This document shows positions 30,221 through 37,954 of a stretch of 64,000 bases of DNA, in pieces; position 1 is the stretch's first letter, and every line of letters begins with the position of its first letter. The notes under the pieces were generated by a model. That model worked only from the letters and a program-made list of their open reading frames with translations, was not told the DNA's origin and searched no databases. A program made the position numbers and the translations under genes. Source of the stretch: an uncultured delta proteobacterium (lineage in GTDB: Bacteria; Desulfobacterota; Syntrophia; Syntrophales; UBA2192). The DNA lies in assembly GCA_963705165.1 (NCBI GenBank), contig CAVPJD010000011.1:64001-128000 (forward strand), read 5' to 3'.

Positions 30221-30616
30221 CTATTCCTTCGAGAAACGCATTTTGATGTCTTCCATGAAAACAAGATGATCGTTCTCGAGCGCCTTATAAATATAAGGGA
30301 TCGTGGATCGCCAGGCCTCGAGCGCTACCTCGTAAGCCTTCATTCCCAAGGGGGTCAGGGTATAGACACGTCTTTTCCTCGCGCCCTTGAGCTGCTGATC
30401 CTCATGGATTTCCGCATAACCGTTCTGTGACAGCTCCTTGAGGAGGGGGTAAATCGTTCCAAAGGTGGAAACGCAGCATCCGCTGGTCATGGATTCCAAT
30501 TCCTTCAACACCCCGTAGCCATGGTTGGGTCCCTTGGACAAAATCTTCAGAACAAGAACCTTTGTGAGGCCGATATTGATCAGTGATTTCCAGTAATCCA
30601 AATCGGTAAGTCCCAT
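30221..30616 (-). CDS. PadR family regulator with a CC motif
   Basis: HGYGV, SGCCV..GTIYP.L, RRVYTLT..G; RBS GGAGG before ATG 30616. Confidence 0.88.
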   Translation of the reverse strand: MGLTDLDYWKSLINIGLTKVLVLKILSKGPNHGYGVLKELESMTSGCCVSTFGTIYPLLKELSQNGYAEIHEDQQLKGARKRRVYTLTPLGMKAYEVALEAWRSTIPYIYKALENDHLVFMEDIKMRFSKE

Positions 30617-30948
30617 CGGGTTACGACCTCCCTGAGCGGTAATTCCATTATATTGATGATCTATATAATGATCACTATCATAATATTTCATTTTGTCAAA
30701 TCTTTTCTGTATGAATTGCTTAGGCCCGATCCGAACGGATCCGGCTGATCCCGGTAAGCTTGGTGCGAACCCGTCAATCAGCTAGGTTCTGCACAACAGA
30801 AGGAATACAGGAAAATGAAAGGCCTGTTCCTGCGTATGGGAACATTCAGCCCCGGCATATTGAATCGTTGTGTCCCCATCCTATCAAGCGGGATGGCCTG
30901 CTGTTTGCAGATCAAAGACGGTCAGATCCATCGAATGGAGGACGTATC

Positions 30949-31581
30949 GTGGCCAGCCGCAAATCGTTTAAACTGTTGACCTTTCTTCGATCCTTTTCCA
31001 TGTCTGTCGTTTTCTTCTGCCTGCTCGTTATAATCTGTTCCATCGCTCCTGCTGCCGGTGCGGAAAAGGAAGCGATCCCGTCTTACGGCCAGGGCCCCCA
31101 CGAGGTTCTCATCTTCTCGGACTACTTCTGTCCGCCCTGCCAGACACTGGAGCCGAAGCTCGAGCCGGTCCTGGATGCACTCTACAAACAGGGCAATGTA
31201 AAGATCCGCTTCGTGGACACGCCCATGCACAAGGAGACACCCCTGTTTGCCAAGTTCTATCTCTATGCCGCCAAGGCTGCCCCGGATTACAGGGCAGCCT
31301 TGCGGGCCAGACAGGTTCTTTTCGCATTGGCGGAGAAGGAGAATGTTTTCTGGATGGACGAGAGGATCGAGGAGGCGTTCCGGAAGGAAAAGATCGCCTA
31401 TAAACCTTTCGACTTCCGCACCGTCCAGCCCGAACTCAACAGGCTGATCAGTGAGCACCGGGTGGACTCCACACCGACCTGCGCGATCCTCTCCCAGGGC
31501 GCGAAGGCCCGGAAGTATGTCGGGGCGGGTGATATCCTGAAAGGGCTTCGGCCTCTCCAGACCGCTCCGGGAATGAAATAG
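30949..31581 (+). CDS. DsbA-like thioredoxin domain protein, exported
   Basis: Signal peptide, DYFCPPC, STPT; homologous to the C-terminal domain of 22522-23553; start uncertain. Confidence 0.8.
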   Translation: MASRKSFKLLTFLRSFSMSVVFFCLLVIICSIAPAAGAEKEAIPSYGQGPHEVLIFSDYFCPPCQTLEPKLEPVLDALYKQGNVKIRFVDTPMHKETPLFAKFYLYAAKAAPDYRAALRARQVLFALAEKENVFWMDERIEEAFRKEKIAYKPFDFRTVQPELNRLISEHRVDSTPTCAILSQGAKARKYVGAGDILKGLRPLQTAPGMK

Positions 31582-31586
31582 ATCCC

Positions 31587-32213
31587 TCAGGGCAGCGTCC
31601 CTGACGCGACGAGAATGCTGACGAACGCGTCCCCGCAGCCGCTCTGCGATGCGGCGCAGCAGTTCTCGCCGACGCAGTCGATCTTCACATCCATAAGACC
31701 CGCTTCGGTAAACCAACGGCCCACATCCGGCCGGTCGAACCCCATCCACCGGTCGCAGTGCTCCGTCCGGAGAAAGTCGAAATCGTGGCGGTCCAGATCG
31801 GTTATGACAAGCTTGCCGCCGGGTTTCAGGATGCGCGCCATCTCACGGATGGCTGCGGGGGGCGAGTCGACATGGTGGAGGTACATGTTGGCGAAGACAT
31901 AGTCCACAGAGCTGTCTTCCAGGGGCAGAGATTCCGCCTCGCCGATACGGCACTCGACGGCGCCGCCCTCACCGAATTTTCTTTTCATCTCTTCGAGCAT
32001 GGCTTCGGAGCGGTCGACGGCGATTATGCGGAGCCCGCGCTCGAGAAGCCCCTCCGTGACGAAACCCGCACCTGCGCCGATGTCGGCGGCAAGCCTTCCG
32101 GGCTCGACACCAGCCACGGCAAAGGCCTTCTCACGGACGGCTTCTGAAAAGAACCCTTTTCGCAGGTTGTCCCACTGCGGGGCCACGGTATCGAAGTACT
32201 GCCGGCTTTCCAA
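31587..32213 (-). CDS. Class I SAM-dependent methyltransferase with a Cys-rich tail
   Basis: DIGAGAG, LHH, LKPGG, tail CVGENCCAASQSGC. Confidence 0.88.
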   Translation of the reverse strand: MESRQYFDTVAPQWDNLRKGFFSEAVREKAFAVAGVEPGRLAADIGAGAGFVTEGLLERGLRIIAVDRSEAMLEEMKRKFGEGGAVECRIGEAESLPLEDSSVDYVFANMYLHHVDSPPAAIREMARILKPGGKLVITDLDRHDFDFLRTEHCDRWMGFDRPDVGRWFTEAGLMDVKIDCVGENCCAASQSGCGDAFVSILVASGTLP

Positions 32214-32228
32214 GGGCTGCCTTCCTTA

Positions 32229-32702
32229 TTATTTCCGCTCTTGCTTCAAAAACTTCTCGCTCTCCATGAATTCGCCAAGCAAGCGCGCCGTCGCCCCGGT
32301 CAGGTCCCGGCACGCGAGCAGCTTCTCGCTTTTGTAAAAAGCCTTCAACGCATTGACATCCGACCAGTCCACACCGGCAATGTCGCGGCAATAGATTTTC
32401 CCCTGGCCGATCTCCTCCCGGAACCGCTTGAGGAATTCACGGACCAAAGCCCACATCCGGATGTTTTCCTTCTCTTCATCCTTCCCGCGGCTGAACTGCA
32501 GGCCGAAGACGGCCAACGCCCCAAAGACAGCGCCGCAGACTTCGCCCGTTCCCAAGCCACCGCCATAGGCACCCACGGCCCGGATCAGCTCTTCGTTGCC
32601 CCTGCCCAGCTTTTCCTGCCCGACCGCAAGAACGGCCTGGCTTCAATGGTAGCCCTTCTCGAACATCTGTATCGCTTTTTCTCGCATCTCATCCGGTGTC
32701 AT
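32229..32702 (-). CDS. C-GCAxxG-C-C family selenoprotein (U at the first Cys position)
   Basis: MTPDEMREKAIQMFEKGYH-U-SQAVL...GGG...EVCGAVFG...YC...AC; UGA at 32643-32645; SECIS-like TTCTTGC-GGTCGG-GCAGGAA at 32613-32632. Confidence 0.87.
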
Positions 32703-32705
32703 CGT

Positions 32706-33548
32706 TCAACCTCCTTTCTTGAGCCTCTTGATCCCCGAGACGCGGACACTCACAACGGTCTCGGTGGCCTGCCGCGCCAGTTCCTCCATGGAGAGATTCA
32801 GGGATTCGGCAAGCGCCGCAAGCATGGGGTCCGTTGTGACGCAGTCCACGGGAAAGGGCGTCTCGCTCTGGACCGTTACGTCCTCGAAGCCCGCCTGCCT
32901 CATCTCCCCCAGGTAATCCTCCTTAAGGGCGGCGCCTGCGACACAGCCGATATAGGCCGCAACGGAGTTCTTCACAAAATCCGGCAGCGGCCTGGTCAGG
33001 ACGATGTCGGAAACCATGAGCCTGCCCCCCGGTTTCAGGACCCGGAAGGCTTCGCTGAATACGCGGCCCTTGTCGGGGGCCAAGTTGATGACGCAGTTGG
33101 AGATGATGACATCGACACTCCCGTCCTCGACGGGCAGGTGTTCGATGTCCCCAAACCGGAATTCCACATTTTCAATGCCGTCCTTCCTGGCATTCTCCGT
33201 AGCTCTTTCGATCATCTCCGGTGTCATGTCGACACCGACGACCCTGCCCGTCTTGCCCACGCGGTCAGCGGCCAGGAAACAGTCGAATCCCGCGCCGCTG
33301 CCCAGGTCGAGGACCGTTTCGCCCTCCTTGAGCGACGCCAGGGCGATGGGATTGCCGCATCCAAGACCCAGGTTTGCACCCTCGGGGGCTGCCGAGAGAT
33401 CGGCCTCGTCATAGCCGATCTTCTTGCCGATCTCCATGACGACGGCGGGCCCGCCGCAGCACGACACCGACCGGCAGCAGGAGCCGGATGTGGCGGCGAT
33501 GCTTCCGTATTTTTCGCGAACGACGCTTTTAATATCCTTTTCTTCCAT
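32706..33548 (-). CDS. arsM: Arsenite S-adenosylmethionine methyltransferase
   Basis: N-terminal CC pairs, [31 protein letters not shown]. Confidence 0.92.
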   Translation of the reverse strand: MEEKDIKSVVREKYGSIAATSGSCCRSVSCCGGPAVVMEIGKKIGYDEADLSAAPEGANLGLGCGNPIALASLKEGETVLDLGSGAGFDCFLAADRVGKTGRVVGVDMTPEMIERATENARKDGIENVEFRFGDIEHLPVEDGSVDVIISNCVINLAPDKGRVFSEAFRVLKPGGRLMVSDIVLTRPLPDFVKNSVAAYIGCVAGAALKEDYLGEMRQAGFEDVTVQSETPFPVDCVTTDPMLAALAESLNLSMEELARQATETVVSVRVSGIKRLKKGG

Positions 33549-33566
33549 GTCAGCCTCCGATGTCTT

Positions 33567-33839
33567 TCAGCGGGTCATCATGATGGGTTCGAGGAAGTCC
33601 TTCACCTTGTCGGCCAGGAAATCCGCCTTGACGAGGGTGAAGCAGCAGATCTCCCCGTCCTTCTCCCAGCTGATCAGGGCCAGCTTGTCCCCCGTGCCGA
33701 TCTTTGCCCGATCGCGGAGCTCCTTGGGGAGGACCATCTGCCCCCTCTCGTCGATGCCGATGAGGGATTCCATCCGGCAACGGCTCGTGAATTTTTCCGC
33801 TGTCAGACAGCAGGTTTCGTCCTTCTTCTTTTTCACCAT
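33567..33839 (-). CDS. AbrB/MazE-fold protein, HgcC-like (HgcAB-associated family)
   Basis: CC...C.MES...IDERGQMVLPKELR...GDKLALISWEKDGEICC. Confidence 0.75.
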   Translation of the reverse strand: MVKKKKDETCCLTAEKFTSRCRMESLIGIDERGQMVLPKELRDRAKIGTGDKLALISWEKDGEICCFTLVKADFLADKVKDFLEPIMMTR

Positions 33840-33870
33840 GCGTCAAGCACCTCGCAGTCAATGGATTCAG

Positions 33871-33920
33871 TCTGATTAATCAGAGCAATCAGATTAATCT
33901 GAATATATGGATGCTGTCAA
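33871..33920 (-). promoter_or_regulatory. sigma70 promoter overlapped by two perfect 14-bp palindromes
   Basis: TTGACA (33920-33915) -18- TAATCT; TCTGATTAATCAGA (33871-33884) and TCAGATTAATCTGA (33889-33902). Confidence 0.7.
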
Positions 33921-34211
33921 GAACTTTTTTATGCACTGCACACAGGCGCCCTCAGGCAGGAAAAACCTTGCTTCTCATCCCCGGAGGGATTAACTTATAT
34001 ATGGATTCTACAGAACCCACGCTTCACACCAGCCCTCCACCTGGCGATCCCTCGCAGCATAACGCCTCTTCTCTTATTCTCCTGAAAGGCAAGGCATCGT
34101 CCTTGTCGAATCGATGATCCCGCGGAACCGGGATCGCAGAGCGGTTGTACACCCCGATGACGGGGCCAGGGGACTCCGCGTCAGCGGTTCAACCGCAAAG
34201 GAGGCCGGACC

Positions 34212-34799
34212 GTGGAATACAGGGGCTTTCTTTTCACGAAAATCGAATTCCGTGATTTTGACGTCGTTGTGCCTTTCGTGTGCACATGCTGCGGATGGTG
34301 CTGCGAGCACTACCTGCCACGGTTCGCCGAGAGCGAAATACTGAGGATCGCAGAGGACGCGCACCGGCAGCTCGATGAAACACTCAGGCAATATCTCGAG
34401 GGATACGATAAAAAACGGCACGGCAGGGATGTGAGCTGTATCTTCCTTCTCGGCAACGGTCTCTGCGGGATCCACGACCACCCCCTGAGGCCCGAGGTCT
34501 GCCGCCTCTACCCCTTCTCCTTCCGTGACGGCGACGAGCGATGCCCACCCTTTCGCTACCATCGCCGGATCGTCGCGGCCCTTACCGCGGATGCCGGAGC
34601 CCTGGAGCTTTACGATTCGAGCTTCTGTCCCGAGACCGGGCTGCGGCCCGTTCCCGGCGAAATCTGGCCTGCGATCCTGGGAAGATTTCTCGCGGCCGAC
34701 CCGCCTGTTGAGGTGATCGTGCCCTTTCTGGCCCTCAATGGCGTGCTGCCGCCAGAGATCGAAAAGCGGATGCCACCCGATGCGGAAATCCGGGTCTGA
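34212..34799 (+). CDS. YkgJ/CxxCxxCC family cysteine-cluster protein
   Basis: FVCTCCGWCC, CIFL...C.IH..RP.VCR.YPF. Confidence 0.82.
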   Translation: MEYRGFLFTKIEFRDFDVVVPFVCTCCGWCCEHYLPRFAESEILRIAEDAHRQLDETLRQYLEGYDKKRHGRDVSCIFLLGNGLCGIHDHPLRPEVCRLYPFSFRDGDERCPPFRYHRRIVAALTADAGALELYDSSFCPETGLRPVPGEIWPAILGRFLAADPPVEVIVPFLALNGVLPPEIEKRMPPDAEIRV

Positions 34800-34819
34800 G
34801 GCAGAGTTTTCGGGCGATA

Positions 34820-34853
34820 AAAAACCCGGGACGATTGAGTTTTCCCGGGTTTT
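34820..34853. terminator. Bidirectional terminator-like hairpin
   Basis: AAAACCCGGGA...TCCCGGGTTTT between convergent genes. Confidence 0.6.
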
Positions 34854-34875
34854 GTCCTGCCTGCAGCCTCGTTCC

Positions 34876-36243
34876 TCAGGAGGCTGATTGGACGGCTTTG
34901 TCAGCCTGGCGCACGGCGATGAGCACGGGGTCCCAGGCATTCGAGTAGGGAGGGGCGTAACTGAGGTCCAGGTTGATCATCTCCTGGACGGACATGCTTG
35001 CGTGCAGGGCCGTGGCGAAGATGTCGATCCGTTTTGCCGCCCCCTCGATGCCCACGATCTGGGCGCCCAGCAGACGCCCGGAACCTTTCTCGGCAAGGAT
35101 CTTTACGGTGATGGGTCCCGCGTTGGGATAGTAGCTCGCCCGGGTGGTGCTCTCAATCTTCGCTGCGACATGCTCCAACCCGATAGCTCTGATCTCATGC
35201 TCCTGAAGGCCCGTCCGGGCAACCTCCCACTTGCAGATCTTGCTGGCGGCGGTGCCCACGACGCCGGGGAACGTGGCATAGCCGCCCCCCAGGTTGATGC
35301 CCGCCACGCGGCCTTGCTTGTTTGCGATCGTCCCCAGGGCAATGTGGACGGGCTTGCGGCTCACGAGATGGAAGGACTCGGCACAGTCGCCCGCCGCCCA
35401 GATCCCGCCGCTTGCCGTCTGCATCCGGTCGTTGACGCGAATGGCATTGCGGACACCGAGAGCAATCCCCGCCTTGGCCGCCATTTCCGTATTCGGGCGC
35501 ACGCCGAGGCCGAGGATGACGATATCGGCAGGGAGGGTTCTTTTGTTGGTCACGACGGCCTTGACGCGACCATCGGCCACCTCGAACGCCTCGAGGGTCT
35601 CTTCGCGATAGAGCTTGACGCCGGACTCGACGAGGGCATCGGAAACAAGGGATCCCATGTCGGGGTCCAGCGTGTTCATGACCTGCACGCCCCGGTCGAC
35701 GAGGGAAACGTCCAGTCCCCGCATGATGAGCGCCTCGGCCATTTCGAGTCCGATGTAGCCGCCTCCGATGACGACGGCCGTTCTCGGCTTTTCGTTGTCC
35801 ACGGCGTTCCTTACGGTGATCCCGCTCTGCAGAGAGTGGATGCCGTATATTCCGTCGGCATCCGAGCCGGGCACCTCGGGGCAGAACGGCAGGGCCCCCG
35901 TTGCGATCAGGAGCCGATCGTACGGCTCCCACCATCCCTTCTTGCTCTGCAGGCACTTCACGAGGACGCGACGGTTTTTCGGGTCGATCTCCTCGACCTC
36001 ATGGAGCACCCGGGCGTCAATGTCGTAATCGGACTTGAATTGCTCCGGCGTAACCGCGATCAGCGTTTTGACATCGTCGACAACCTTGCCGACGTAGTAG
36101 GGGATGCTTCAGGCCGAGTAGGAGGTATGGGGACCTTTTTCGAAGGCAATGACGTCCAGACCCTTGCTCAGCCGCTTTGCCTGGGCGGCGGCGCTCATCC
36201 CCGCGGCGTCCCCGCCTATGACCACAAGCCTCTCCTTTGCCAT
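34876..36243 (-). CDS. CoA-disulfide reductase/NADH oxidase-like flavoprotein, selenoprotein
   Basis: MAKERLVVIGGDAAG...SYSA-U-SIPYY (family motif S[FY]xxCG.PY); UGA at 36109-36111; SECIS-like CGTCGGCA-AGGT-TGTCGACG at 36075-36094; GGGYIG, AAGD, LSYAPP. Confidence 0.9.
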
Positions 36244-36418
36244 CGTTCGCGCCTCCTTCTGCTTTCGTGTGAAAATGATACCACAGAACCGGCTGCGACG
36301 TAAGCGGTTCCGAGCAGGCAGCCTGGCCGACCCCCGGGTTGCATTTGACACCGTTTTGTGATTAGTCGAACGGGCGGCCGGAACGTGGCCTTGAAACCGA
36401 CGCAGAGGTTGCCGAGAC

Positions 36419-36862
36419 ATGAACGAGGACCGGGACATCACTCTCGAGATCCTGAAAAAGCTCTTTGCCGTAACCGGCAAGGACTATTCGGAGAAGCTGA
36501 TCGACTACGGGACGAACCCCGTAAACGCCAGACCCCTCGAAAAATACGACGGCTACGGAAAGTGCATATCCGATGACTGCGGGGACGTGGTGGAGGTCTG
36601 GCTGCTTGTCAGAGACGGCAGGGTCGAAGAGGCCACGTTCCAGACGACAGGCTGCCTGCCGACCTGCGCCTCCGTCGCGGCGGCCACGGCGCTGGCCAAG
36701 GGGCGCCCGATCCGCGAATGCCTCAAAATCACTCAGAGCGCCATCATCGAGGAGCTGGGCGGGATGCCCGAAAAGGATCACCACTGTGCGCAGTTTGCGG
36801 CCCGGACCTTCCAGAGGGCACTGAGAAGCTACGTGACGGGAAGGAAAAACAAAACCGCATGA
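36419..36862 (+). CDS. NifU-N/IscU-like Fe-S scaffold protein
   Basis: NPVN, CGD, GC, HHCA. Confidence 0.85.
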   Translation: MNEDRDITLEILKKLFAVTGKDYSEKLIDYGTNPVNARPLEKYDGYGKCISDDCGDVVEVWLLVRDGRVEEATFQTTGCLPTCASVAAATALAKGRPIRECLKITQSAIIEELGGMPEKDHHCAQFAARTFQRALRSYVTGRKNKTA

Positions 36863-36933
36863 GGGTTTCAGGCGGGACGGCAGATTGTGTTTCTACAGCA
36901 TAGAATTCGATTTCTGCGCGAAGTACAGAGGAG

Positions 36934-36966
36934 GACCGGCCGGGACATTTTGCCCGGCCGGTTCCG
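36934..36966. terminator. Hairpin between convergent genes
   Basis: ACCGGCCGGG...CCCGGCCGGT. Confidence 0.6.
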
Positions 36967-36972
36967 TATCGT

Positions 36973-37425
36973 TTACTTGTAGGCGCCGCAGCACAATATC
37001 ATATCACCCACCTTGAAGACGTAGGTGGTCTTCGCTTCGATCTTCTTGGTCTCCGGGTTCGTGTACTTGTAGTCCACCCAGCCGCTGCCCTTTGTCTTGG
37101 CTACTTCGACGATATCCTTGCGGAAAAGTTTTCCGTCCGGATCGGGAACATTGATGAGATCCTTCCCGATGAGCTTCGGGTTTTTGGGATGGGCGATGAT
37201 TTTGCCGCTCATGTCATAGGCAAACACGTAAAGCTCGCCCTGGTCGAACTGGCCTTTGGCAAGATTGATCTCCTTGAGCGCTGCATCCTTGCCGTTGGCC
37301 TTCGCATATGCGGCGGCTTTCTCAACGAGCGCCTTCGCATCCTTCTGAGACGCTACGGCACCAGAGGCAAGCGCAAGCCCTAAAACAAAACAAACCGCGA
37401 ACGTGATCATGAGGACTTTCTTCAT
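36973..37425 (-). CDS. Secreted single Cache domain protein
   Basis: Signal peptide, LYVFAYD..G..IAHP, D.DGK, GSGWVDY. Confidence 0.9.
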   Translation of the reverse strand: MKKVLMITFAVCFVLGLALASGAVASQKDAKALVEKAAAYAKANGKDAALKEINLAKGQFDQGELYVFAYDMSGKIIAHPKNPKLIGKDLINVPDPDGKLFRKDIVEVAKTKGSGWVDYKYTNPETKKIEAKTTYVFKVGDMILCCGAYK

Positions 37426-37455
37426 CGATCTACCTCCAGGGAGAGTTATGGCTTT

Positions 37456-37754
37456 AAAATTCCTCGCTCCGGGGTGCGAGGAATTTAGAAACTCAGGGAT
37501 CTGGTTTATCTGTTATTATGCTCGCTTACCCCGCAGCAACGTTCGACTGGCTCACGTCAGGCGCTGCGGGGACCGGGGGCGCCTGTGAAAGACCCCATTC
37601 CTTAATCTTCCTCTCCCTTGAGGGGAGAGGACAGAGGTGAGGGTGAATGCCCCCCTTCCTCAGATATCAGGTGCGCAATCATGTCTAGCCAATTACCTTA
37701 CCGGGAAGCCCCGCTGTGCGGAATCAGGCTTCAATGCGCGTGCAATCGTTTTCA
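37456..37754. repeat. Dispersed intergenic element, copy B, with a 160-bp insertion (37573-37733)
   Basis: Homologous to 8860-8996; the insert contains a REP-like unit and a segment shared with 57736-57790. Confidence 0.75.
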
Positions 37755-37794
37755 ATCCGGGAGCGTTCCATGAATGTGACACAGCAATGGATTA

Positions 37795-37809
37795 GCACAA
37801 TCCGTGCCA
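37795..37809 (-). promoter_or_regulatory. sigma54 promoter candidate
   Basis: TGGCACGGATTGTGC. Confidence 0.55.
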
Positions 37810-37954
37810 CATAGTGGAACTCGGCGGCGGTGCCCTTGAGTCTCGCCGGACCGGCATGAAATAAGGTTTTGCAGCCTGTTTTCAGATGGTGTATGGTTCC
37901 TCCGTCTGCGGCAGCTCGCTGCAGACGGGAAAAGATCGAAGGGAGAGAGTATTT

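Noticed and set aside
30722..30790. Stem-loop region between padR and the dsbA-like gene as an ncRNA or IS end
   Set aside because: Pairing is short and imperfect, with no second copy or known motif recognised
32700..32708. arsM stop (TGA) is in frame with the downstream selenoprotein ATG, suggesting a read-through fusion
   Set aside because: The preceding AAAGGAGGT is the RBS of the next gene, there is no Cys-equivalent position, and no clear SECIS-like hairpin follows
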